From: the human T2T-CHM13v2.0 reference genome, Homo sapiens
Direction: 5' to 3' (one strand)
DNA length: 64,000 bases
NCBI RefSeq assembly: GCF_009914755.1
Contig: NC_060928.1
Part shown: in pieces, positions 1-11,390 of the stretch
Numbering within the stretch: position 1 is the stretch's first letter
Layout: each line of letters begins with the position of its first letter
Notes under the pieces: generated by a model
Told to the model about the DNA's origin: nothing
The model's database searches: none
Seen by the model: the letters and a program-made list of their open reading frames with translations, nothing else
Position numbers and translations under genes: made by a program

Positions 1-522
1 TTGAAGCAGCCATCCCATTACTGGATATCTACCCAAAGGATTATAAATCATGCTGCTATAAAGACACATGCACATGTATGTTTATTGCGGCACTATTTGC
101 AATAGCAAAGACTTGGAACCAACGCAAATGTCCAAAAACGATAGACTGGATTAAGAAATGTGGCACATATACACCATGGAATACTATTCAGCCACAAAAA
201 ATGAGTTCATGTCCTTTGTAGTGACATGGGTGAAGCTGGAAACCATCATTCTCAGCAAACTGTGGCAAGGACAAAAAACCAAACACCCGATGTTCTCATT
301 CATAGGTGGGAATTGAACAATGAGAACACATGGACACAGGAAGGGGAACATCACACACTGGGGCCTGTTGTGGGGTGGGGGGGAAGGGATAGCATTAGTA
401 GATATACCTAATGTTAAATGACGAGTTAATAGGTGCAGCACACCAACATGGCACATGTATACATATGTAACAAACCTGCACATTGTGCATATGTACCCTA
501 AAGCTTAAAGTATAAAAAAAAA
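1..522 (+). mobile_element. LINE-1 (L1PA4-6-like) 3' end: ORF2 C-terminus, 3'UTR and poly(A); continues left of the window
   Basis: CATCCCATTACTGG..TATAAATCATGCTGCTATAAAGACACATGCAC, G-rich tract at 361-390, ends CCCTAAAGCTTAAAGTATAAAAAAAAA. Inserted into a MER44 whose remaining part starts at 523. Confidence 0.95.
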
Positions 523-689
523 TTCCAAGGTGGGATGGTATGAGACTTCATCATGCTACTCAGAATGACATGCAATTTAAAACCCATGATGTGTATTTCT
601 AGAACTTTCCACTGGATATCTTCCATCTGTGGGTGACTAGATAGCAAACTGCAGAAAGCAAAACCCCACGCATAAGAAGGGGACCACTG
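523..689 (+). mobile_element. MER44 (Tigger7-derived DNA transposon), terminal part
   Basis: GAGACTTCATCATGCTACTCAGAATGACATGCAATTTAAAAC and terminal ATAAGAAGGGGACCACTG match the MER44 end. Paralogous to 23710-23866. Confidence 0.8.
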
Positions 690-729
690 TGGAGGTTCTG
701 AGGCATCAGCCAATTGTTACGAGTAATCT

Positions 730-928
730 TGGAAGCAGATCCTCGTGTATGCAGTTGAGCCCTCAGATGAGAACATGTCCTGGCTAACAGACGGTGTCTT
801 CATGAGAACCTGAACCAGAGGTGTCTGGCTAAGCTATGAGTGCATTCCTAACCCTTAAAACCTAGAAGATAAGTATGTGCTGTTTTAAGCTGCAAGGGTT
901 AATTTGTGCAGCAGCAATAGATAAACCA
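730..928 (+). mobile_element. MLT1 (MaLR LTR, MLT1F-like) 3' part
   Basis: GAGCCCTCAGATGAGA..GCTAAGCT..TGCTGTTTTAAGCTGC..AATTTGT..GCAGCAATAGATAA is a typical MLT1 3' end. Confidence 0.65.
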
Positions 929-3900
929 TGTCTATGGCAACAGGCAGCTGCTACTTGGCTTCAGCAAGTGATTGCTGTGCAGGAATAACAGTGGTATTGG
1001 CCAAGAAATGGCCATACTTGAAAGCAGAAAATGTAGACTTTTGCATGAATCTTGCTGTACAGCAGAAGCTGCCTACTGGTACGTAGGTCAGTGTATCTTC
1101 AGACATGCTTTGGCACCTGCAGCATTTTAACAAACTAATTGCATGTTCTGATTCTATCTACCATGGCAGGTCAGGTGATTAAGAAAAAGGCTCTAAACTC
1201 AATCAGTAAATAGATGTTGCTAGGGCTTCAGTACTCCTTCTTCCACTAGTGTCCCTTTACTTACACTCACTTTTGTCAACAGGATAAGCGCATTTGGACC
1301 ATGATAGAATGGATCAGCTAAGGAACATTGACATTGGCTTTTTGAAAATGGAATATGGTTTCATGGATTTCGGGGTCTGGGAGAGCTAAGAAGATCACAA
1401 GAGACTTGTAGAGTCAGACTAGAATGGAGTAAGCAGGATCAGGCATGCCAAGGTCTTGTTAGAGTTTCTACTGCATCAGTTGACACTCATTGCCACCCTA
1501 GAGATCATAATTCTGAGACTTCCCTCACTCAGTACAGGGAGTTCCCTACTAATAGCCTTGAATGGGGTAGCTCTGTCCAATAAAATGAGCTGTCTACATT
1601 TCAACTACTCTAATAGTCTAATTTCACCTGACTCTTATTTTTCAATCTTAAAATTCCTGGATTGGGTTAGATGGAGATTCAAGTCCCATCTACTCCTATT
1701 CAACTGTGGCTCTGGTTCTAATTTAGGGTCTTCTAGCCTGGGCAGTAATTCCCTGCGTACTGATGAAGGAACTGCCTCATAGGCTTGTTTAAAATCAGAT
1801 GACAATTTACCCATGTTTTCCTTAAAAAAAAAAAATTGCCAGCTCTTGGGAACTTAGTATATGTTCTTAAAGGAAAAATGCCCTCTCAGTAGACTGCTTG
1901 TGACTTATGACCTGTCTGGCTCCTAGAAGTACCCATTGTAGGTTGGATGACGGACAGCTGCAGATTCTTGTGCCACCAGTGAAGCAATCTAGACCATTGA
2001 GCATGTTCCAGAGGTGGGGTCAGGCTGGGTAAGCTGAGGCCACAGCCAGCATTAGAATAGGGACCTAAGCCAGAACTGGGGCAGCTGTCAGATGGGGTTC
2101 ATTCAGTCCTCAGTAGGAAGGACTCAGGGAAGGGCAAGTTGAGTGTCTACTTCCCTCTGAGGGGAAGACTAAAGCTGGGCAGCCTGCAAGGGTGTGAAGG
2201 TGAGGGTTGAGAGGCTTACCATGAAGTGCCAGTCAACTCCACGTAGGGTCTGCAATAGAATGCATCCAGGGAGGTCTTACTTTTTTCACCCCGGATGTAG
2301 AAATCTCGAACTGCTTGTCTTTTGGTGTAGAATGGAGGTACGTCTGACTGATGCCAGCTGACCCAAAATAAACCTTACTCTCCACTTCACCTTGCAGATT
2401 TGGAATAGAAGCAGATTCAGAGTTGAAAGCTTTTGGTGGGCTGTCCTGGAGTAGACCTCCACCAATATCCCATGTACCTCCCTCTCCATGTTGGGTGTCA
2501 AATGAGGCTTGTACACATGAGTGCCTATCATGTGACAGAAGCTAAGATTCTAGTTACTGCTGACTCGCATCTTATTCCTGAAGACTTTGGATAAGGCCTA
2601 ACATACCTAGCTGCAGGACACATCTGTCCCCTTTCTGTAGAAAAGGCAGCTAGGCCTTGTAGTGACAGGCCAGGATGGTGTGGTCCTGGTGGAGATGGAG
2701 CAGAAGCATGGAAGTACTGATGTGCTTCTCCTTGAGTATTCCCTTTTGCTCTCTGCTCAGGGAGGCTTACTACCTGAGTCCCATGTCTTGGCTGGACCCA
2801 TCCGTGAGGTGAGGAGATGAGTCTCCTTTCCGGGTAAAGGCCCAGCTTGACTTGGAATCTTGGCTTTTCCCTCTTGATTGTATATATTCTAGTTTCCTCT
2901 AAGATGTAGCTTTAGAAGTACACACTGGGATATTTTGGAGTGGTATGGATTGGACTAGAACTAATTGTGAATTCATTGAAAGAATCGTGTATACTACATA
3001 CATAAGAGACTAGAAAAGATGACTGGGCTGGTTAACTTCACCTACCCTATTCATAAGCACAAATTTTGTGGTGCTGTGGGGCATTTCTAGATGACTGCCA
3101 TCCATGCCTCTTGGCTTCATCAGTGCTCCTTTAGTGCAATCAGTGGACCACTTGCTGTGGTTATTGGCCAACAAGTGCATTTGTAGACATGGTGTATATC
3201 TTATCCTACCTAACCCCATGGTTAAGGTATCTTACTGGATTCTAGATCTTAGCTTAAATGTGGCTGCCTCAAAGTGCCTCTACTTCATGCATGTGAATGA
3301 ATGTGCAACCCCCATTTAGTCTGTCACAACTTGTGACCACATTTATTCCCCACTACTATGAACATGAGGACAGATAAACTACCTCTAGCCCATCACTATG
3401 ATTCTAATGTGTAACTCCATGTTTGAAACAGACTTCATTTCTGACCTGACAGGAAGCTGGGCACTAGAATATGTCTATGGTACTGTTGATTTTGGACAGG
3501 ATCTTCCATGTAGTGGGGAAAACAATAAGAAGTTTGAAGTATGCTGGGGGTGTGATGTGTACAACATAATACTTACGTGAGAATGTCTTATAGTGCCATC
3601 ATTCTGCCTACCACAGAAAGGTCAGGGACCCTATCTCCCCGTGGAAAAAAGGGGTAGGAGGTCCTGAAATGAGTCAAGTGAGTCCATGCTGATGCTGCTC
3701 ATGAGATGTTGACTGTTCCCACCACCATAGCATGAGCTCCAAAGATAGTGTGCTCAGTGGATATGGAGATGGAAGGAGATGCATCTGAGAACCAGTGGGT
3801 CTGTATGCCTCTTGGAAAGATTGTGGTGTTCTTTCTGGTTCTCCTTCACTTTGACCTGTGAGCTTCTCTGTAATCTGCATAAGCTGGCTAGCTGCTTCTA

Positions 3901-4656
3901 ATTCTGGTTGCGCTACACCTTCAGATACTGTTAGACTTAATATTTTCTACCACTTGTTCAGATATGGGATCATAGAACTTGATATGTGTTCAGATTCCTC
4001 CCCCATAACTTTGGCCATTGTCTTAGCTTTGTGGTCTTAAGCATTCATGTCCTTGTGAACTAAGTTTCTCTTCGATGCTTGCCTCTTCATGAGCTTCAGT
4101 GCTCAAGTGTTGTTCCTCTGTTCAGTGAAGCTGTAATGCTATTCCTTGAGCAAAAATAACCAAACCAATCTATACTGACCACAGTTGTGGGTGACTCATA
4201 GATCACAGTTCTGGGTGACCTCTATGGGCCCCAGAACTCATCTGGCAGCACCAACAATATCTGAAGAACGGGCAGGAAGGGCTGTGCTTAGTTTGCGTTT
4301 TCATGGCATGAAGTAATTGTTGCAAGTAGAACTAAAGATGACCATGTGAGCCTCCCTGGAAGGGTTCCATCTGATTGCTGTGGGAGGTTCTATTGGAGAC
4401 CAATTTTTCTTTTTTCTCCAAGGGCCAGAAATCTGGTCTGTAGTCAGTGAAAGCACAGTACTGGAGGGTCCTTGAGTAGTATCCATTTGTTTGACCAGTA
4501 TAGGTGAGATGGGCATTTGGTGTTACACATCTGCTCTCCTTGGGATGTTTATTCCTTCACTCGAATAGACATAAGAATCCTGACAAACTATTTGGTAATT
4601 TAAAAAAAAATAATAAATGTAGCAGTCCATGTGGTTCTTGTTCAGGTCAGATAAGG

Positions 4657-5733
4657 TATTGGGAGAACCCACCCCCAATATTTCAGTGTAGGTCCTTTCT
4701 ATTTTCCATAAGTGTCGGCTGGCTGAGAAATACACAGACAGTACAAAGAGAAGAATTTTACAGCTGGGCCGCCAGGGGTGACATCACATATCAGTAGGAA
4801 CATGATGCTAGCCTGAGTCTCAGACCAGCAAGTTTTTATTAAGGGGTTCAAAAGGAGAGGGGGATGTAAGAACAGGGAGTAGGTACAAAGATCACACACT
4901 TCAAAGGGCAAAAACAGAACCACTAATAAGGGTCTAACAAAGATCACATACTTCTCAGGGAACAGGACAAACGGCAAAAGTGGAACCACTGATAAGGGCC
5001 CAACAAAGATCACAAGGCAAAGAGCAAAAGCAGAACTACTGATAAGGGTCCGTGTTCAGTGGTGCACGTATTGTCTTGATAAACATCTTAAACAACAGAA
5101 AACAGGGTTCAAGAGCAGAGAACCAGTCTGACCACAAATTTACCAGGGTGGAGTTTTTCCCCACCATAGTAAGCCTGAGGGTTCTGCAGGAGACCAGGGC
5201 ATATCTCAGTCCTTATCTCAACTACACAAGACCTTCCCAGAGCAGCCATTTATAGACCTCCCTCCAGGAACACATTCCTTTCCCAGGGTATTAATATTAA
5301 TATTCCTTGCTAGGAAAAGAACTTAGTGATATCTCTACTTGCATGTCCGTTTATAGGCTCTCTGCGAGAAGAAAAATATGGCTCTCTTTGCCCAACCCTG
5401 CAGGCAGTCAGACCTTATGGTTGTCTTCCCTTGTTCCATAAAAATCGCTGGTATTCTGTTCTTTTTCAAGGTGCACTGATTTCATATTGTTCAAACACAT
5501 GTTTTACAATTTTGTACAGTTAACACAATTATCACAGTGGTCCTGAGGTGACGTACATCCTCAGCTTATGAAGATAACAAGATTAAGAGATTAAAGACAG
5601 GCATAAGAAATTATAAAAGTATTATTTGGGAACTGATAAATGTCCATATTAAGATGAAATCTTCACAGTTTATGTTCCTCTGCTGTGGCTCCAGCTTGTC
5701 CCTCCATTTGGGAGTCCCTGACTTCCCACAACA
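4657..5733 (-). mobile_element. MER11 solo LTR (HERV-K11/HML-8 family)
   Basis: Minus strand begins TGTTGTGGGAAGTCAGGGACTCCC and ends AATATTGGGGGTGGGTTCTCCCAATA. Internal AAAGATCACA..GATAAGGG repeats. 6-bp TSD ATAAGG (4651-4656) / GTAAGG (5734-5739). Confidence 0.93.
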
Positions 5734-7629
5734 GTAAGGATTTGTGATCTCTTAGGTCAAAAAAACCCTCAAGGCATTTGAGTTGTCAAATGTGAGTCAT
5801 CATGGCTACCCTCTGTTCTTGGAAGGAGAAGTGGAGACTAAAGATGGCCAGCTTGAAGCTTGCTTTCAAACGCCTGAACTATAACTTGCCTACTAGTTCT
5901 GTCCACACCCATTGCCCAGGATTTAATCACGTGGTCACAACTAGCTGAGAGGCTAGTCATATAGTCTTGGCTGGTGGAGCTGTGTGGCTACCTAACTTGG
6001 AACTCTTACCTACAGGAAGAAAATGGGCATTGGATAACTAGTCCTTTATACCACCTAGGATAAGAAAATCCTTCAGATTTAGTACCAAATGTAACTACAT
6101 GTGTAACAATGTGCTAGCTCACCTGATCAGGTTTCCTCTGCCTCACCCATGGTAGATTGATGGTGTCTAACTTCTTAGAGGTTGGCTACCTGGCTTAGAT
6201 CTGTCTAGCTTTGAGTGTAGTGGTCACACATTAGCTACTGGCAGGTTCAGGCAGAGTTCTAGTGTTCTAAGAACCTCATGTGAGGCCACCACTAAGAACT
6301 CATGGGCCTATGGAGCACCCACCACATTGGTGTTTGTGCACTTTCTGGCCTCTGAGGCTGGTGTCTTCAGTACCTCACCAGAATCTAGGTAAAGCAGCAT
6401 CATGTTGTCTAGCTGCAAGGCCTGGGTAAGGTATAGTAGTAAAATTTTCATATTGTGTCTTGTATTCTTGGGCTATGGAAATGTGAAAATAGGGATTGGG
6501 TACGAAGCTACTTAAGCAGCTCTGGTGAGGGGTGGAAAAATAGCAGGAAGGAACTTCCTCTTATTTCCTGCTGCAGCCCTTCTAGTATACTTAGAGATTT
6601 GGTGCTTTCTAGAAAGACATTTTAATGCTGATCTGAGAGGGTAGATGAGGGAAGCATAGTGGGCCTATTTTTCAGCACCCATGAGTCCATTAACCTTGGT
6701 CAGTAGGTAGCTGTGGCAATTTTGGTTTCTTTGCTTTGAAGAAAGGTTAACTAAGCCCTGAGTGTAGGGCAGGATAGGCCCTAGGAAAAGGGGTAGGTTC
6801 TACTCCTTGAAGCTTTGGCCTTTCATATTAGGTTTCAAGCCTCTATGCTATTCATTGTTGGGTATGAATACTGAGGGTTAGCCAACCACTCCCTATTGCC
6901 TGACTTCAAAGAGGCTGTCAAAGCTAAACATAAGTTCCATCTAACCTCAATAGGTGACAGCGCAAGAACTAATATAACAAATATCTGTACTGAAGGGCTT
7001 TTGGAAAGACTGATCTGATCCAACTAGAGGCATTGCACTGTTATTATAATGGTACCTGAAACATCTATGTGACATATGCAGGTCAGAAGCTATTCTGAGC
7101 CTGAGGTACATGCATCTTGGCAGTCAATGTTAAGATGAGAGAATGGGAACATGGAAAGAACTTGGGTCCCTGATGACACCACTGAGCTTCAGGACTCAGT
7201 AATGACTTACCACCAAAGCTGTTGTATGTGAAAAACAACTTAAAATGTATTCAAGCCAAACTGGTACTCCATGTAGAGAAAACTGAGTTACTTACATGAA
7301 AAACCTCTGAGTAAAATAGACTCTTTGAAATCTTCCCCTAACTTTACCCAAAATATTTCTATAAGTCACATAAGGGGAAAAAGAGGAACAGGGTCAAGTT
7401 CCCTGCCTCAATGCTGCAACTGCACTGTTCTACTGGCTAACAATGCTCACTTAGATGCAAGAAATGAACGGCTCAGCATAACATAAACAAATATTAAGGT
7501 GGACAAGTGTAAGTCCCTTTGTCTTTCTTAAAATGGTCTCAACATCTGAGCCCAGCTCAACTTAGTTGAGTCCCTGTGTTAAGAACTTTTCAGGTAAATT
7601 TAGTCAATTCAGGTTCCATTCCCATTTAG

Positions 7630-8050
7630 TTTGGGTTCTCTAGAAAGGCAAGAAATTGGGCACAAGTAACTTAATGGAGGTGATTCCTGGAAGCATGGTG
7701 AGGGGAAGTGGCTGGGAAGGCAGGTAAACCATGAAAGTGTCAGTGAGTGGGTGAGCCCAGTGGGAAACTGGGGCCAATTCTGAGGACCCTCTGGGACAAT
7801 CCTGAGGAATGGTCTATGTGGATGGCTGGGATGAGCTGCTCACTCCTGCCCCTCACTGGCTGAGGACTCTTCCTGAAGATGAACTGTCAGCACTCCTGGC
7901 CTGTTCTGCATGTAGGCAAGCATGTTTCTGTGGCAGGAGAATATGGGTACAGACAGAGCCTTAGAACACAACATGTGGACGTGTCTGCAGGGGACCTCTG
8001 GTGGCTTCAGCAAATACGCAAGTGGAGCTGAGTCTACCTGACTCACCTGG
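7630..8050 (-). mobile_element. Old MLT1 (J/K-like) LTR remnant; paralogue at about 31045-31480
   Basis: TTGGGTTCTCTAGAAAG..GGGCACAAGTAACTTAATGGAGGTGATTCCTGGAAGCA resembles the antisense MLT1 3' end. Confidence 0.45.
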
Positions 8051-10979
8051 ATCCACATATGCCCCTACATTGAGTTCACTATGTCTTAGTTTGACAAGTC
8101 ACCGTTTTGAAGAATCACCCATTACAAAGAGTTTTAGAATAACATGAGTATGACAAGCTACTCTCTCCACAGCTTCAACTAGTCCCTAGATAGTAATGAA
8201 TATGCATCTTCTAACCACCATTCTAGATGTCTGTTTTGCCAATATCTGTGATCTAGATGGCTTATCCAGTAGGGCGAGCCAGTGACTCATGAGGGGTCTC
8301 TAGCACCTGTGTGCCTTGCCCCTGCCAGGCCATGGTCGCTGTAGTAACTGTACTGTTGAACCACGACTGGTGGCAGCAACATGTAAGACTATATACATTC
8401 CTCTTTCTGTAGCAGAAACCTATTTCCTCATGAGCACTTGGGATCATTTGCCACTGCCTGTAGAGTAACGCCTGTCCTTGCCTACGTGTCCACTGCTATA
8501 AAATGCCCGAGTGTCCACTAGTAGCTACAGGTGTTCTGGAAACCCATTCAGTGTCTCCTAGAGGAAGTATTCCTCTCTTGGGGTAGGCAAGACTGGGTGG
8601 GGAGGGAGACTGTTCTCACTACTGGAGTTGAAGCTATAGAACAGAGCAGTCGATGTCCAGGTGGGACTCCAGTTGCAATGGTGACAGGAGCCACATTACA
8701 CTGCCCTTTGGTACTGGATGCATTTTTCTCTGGGGAAAAAAGTTCTTTCCAACTTACAGTATAACCAACAAACATGCCTTTAATTGGATGTGTGAAAGGT
8801 TTGATATGAAACCAGCTGAATTAAATACCCAAAGAGTTTGAGGCACAGAGAACTAGGACCCTGGATAATAGGGTGAGCTGAAGATGGGAAAAGGGTAATG
8901 AAGGTGGCAGGGCACAGGTGCTTCCAGATGGGCCCACTACTGATCTTAAAGCCACCTGAGACAGGCCTGAGGCTCAGCCTGCAGGGGCTGTCTGGTCAGC
9001 TGCTCACTCATCTTGAGGCTTTTGACTCCTCCTCTTCAGGAAATGGTTCTCCAGGTGTTCACATGGATGAGCTTTTACATGGTTTGCTGAACTCAGAAAG
9101 CACCGTGTGTTGACTTTTTGTTCATGGCATGTGGAGTGTGACCCTGTTCATTCTGGGAGTGTGCAGCTGAAGGGCTGACCTAGCAACTCCAGGGTGTCTT
9201 TGGTGCTTTCAGAGCATTCTTCTACCAGACGTCAAAGTGGTCCAAGCACTCTAGGGCTGCAGCATATGAAAAAAATGCCATGACAGAGTATAAAGATAGA
9301 ATGTGCTCAGATGAAAACTGATGAGGTGGCTGACAGCATCTGCTTGTAAGAAATAATCCTGGGCACATGGGAGCTTCTTTCAGGCGCAGCTGCTGCTCAT
9401 GAATGACTTCCTGGGACCAGTGGCTGCCCAGAAGTTGAGTAAGTCTTGGGGTAGATTCTTTGGAAGTAGACTTGATGAGAATCTGAGAGATGAGGACATA
9501 GAGCCAAGTAAAACTTAGTGGTAGAGAAGTGAGATGGAGGAGGGAGGTGAGCAGGGATGTAACAAGAGTCCCTTGGATGGTGAGCACAGCTTGATATGGC
9601 AGGCCCATAGAGGCTATATGGGTCATATCACAGTTGCCTCAATCAGTGAGGGAGCAGAAGTACTTATCTATTGTTACTCTGTCTGATACTGGGTAAAGCC
9701 AGACATTATGGGGACACAAACTGCCAGGTCCTTTGTGTTCCCTTAGGGCAGCCCCAAACATAGATGCAGGCTGTTGGCAGTCATATAGGTAGGCACTGGT
9801 AAGCCAAACATGAGAGAGGGGCCTAAGGAGATGTTGGCAAAGCACTGCCAGCTTCTGCTGGAAGGTCCTGGGAGCCCAGAGCTCAACGAAGAAAATCCTG
9901 TCTCTTCATTTCAAATGCTGAGAAATCAAGACCCAGATCCAGAAACTGGAAGTGTCATGGATTTAAGGTGAAATCAAGTGATATGGTGGTTTGTTTGAAC
10001 TCCCCCAGACAGACCCTGAGAGATTCATGTGGAACTAAGGAATTACTCCTAGAAGAAACAAGTGAAGGAGTGGGAGGCAGCACAGGGATTGGTAGGAGGC
10101 CAGGCAATGTTGTGATAACCATCAAAATCCTGCAATCTGTAGGCTCCTTGGGTCCCTCAGGGGAGTGCAAGATTGTACTTTATACCTTGGTTGTGGAATG
10201 AGCTTTCACAATCCTGTATCTGAGAGTCATTCATGGTGGCTCTGATTTGGTGTAGGGGGACATTTTAAACTCTGACACTTGTAACTGTTCATGTATGCAT
10301 GCAAAATGGGTCCAATAATCCAAGGGAAGTGCTCCCAAGACTGCAGGTGCTTGCCCTTGAAGACACACACAAGGTAGGGCTGAGGAGATAGACATGCTTA
10401 ATAGGAATCTGAGGTTATAGGCATGGCATGAATGTGATTCACTCATAGTTCTAACCACAAAATTAGTGACACAGAGCTGTCCTTACCACTACCCCTTCCA
10501 GGCATCCTTTGCCATGTGCCTGTCCTTGGAATGTGACACCTCTTGATTTGCAGGTTTGAGCGGGGGCTTCATCCCAAGAAGGCCATTTTTTCAAAGTAGC
10601 CTTGTTACATCATTTGACCTAAGGCCCAACTGAAGGTCTTAGATACTTATGTGGGAATTGTTAGGAGATTGGAATGAAACCTCAGAAATGGCCTGTATTT
10701 ATTTTTTTACCTCTTCAAGTCATAAAACACACTGCACTGACAATATACAGCCTTTGGCTGCAGTGGTCCTGTGTTGCTTTGTGTCACTTTAAACTCCTGT
10801 GTGTGTATGCAAGATGTTTCTTTCAGCGAATCTCTTCTAGAAAGGGAAAGAAGTTCTTGAGAATGGGGTTATCCTAAAGATGCTTCTGCCCTTGGCCTCC
10901 ATTTCATGTTACAACAGCAGATAGACTAGCATGTTTAACTGGACAAGTGAATTTCATGTTTCTGTAGCTGTCAAAATGG

Positions 10980-11390
10980 AGGGGTCTTCCAGGAAGCAGA
11001 TCCTCAGGCGGAGGTAAACCTCAGGAAACTCACCAGGGAGCGGTCTGGGGTTCCACACCTGTGAAAGGAAGCAGGACCAGGGAGAGGAAGGAGCTGAGCT
11101 GTGATGCAGCTTCCACAGAAGCTCTGGCCAATCCTGTGGGGAGTTGTGATACCTAGATGACCTTTTAGAGCTGAGTTGGGATGAGAGGTCTTGGGTTTTA
11201 TTCCCAGATTGACAAGCACTGGAAGGCAGCTACCTGGGAGGGGATGTGGCCTTAGGTGAGATTCTCTTCAGCTGAGCTAAAGCTTAGGAGGGGCCGACAG
11301 CTAATAGACTCCTGGGGCATCCAGTGGTTGCAGAACAAATCCTTCCTTCCTGAAAGGGGAAATAGTGGCTGCATCCTTTCACCTACTATG
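10980..11390 (-). mobile_element. Old MLT1 (G/H-like) LTR; paralogue at about 31826-32225
   Basis: GGGTCTTCCAGGAAGCAGATCCTCAG..GGAAGCAGGACCAGGGAGAGGAAGGAGCTGAGCTGTGATGCAG..GTGGCCTTAGGTGAG..TTCAGCTGAG are antisense MLT1 motifs. Confidence 0.55.

Larger units (their letters stand above)
523..11390 (+). repeat. Ancient segmental/tandem duplication block, copy 1 (paralogue of 23710-32225)
   Basis: Collinear matches: CAACAGGCAGCTGCTACTTGGCT (938 vs 24124); TATCATGTGACAGAAGCT (2526 vs 25696); CTAGCTCACCTGATCAGGTTTCCTCTGC (6114 vs 28188); CCCATTACAAAGA (8118 vs 31541); GGTGAGATTCTCTTCAGCTGAGCT (11255 vs 32101). Confidence 0.95.
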
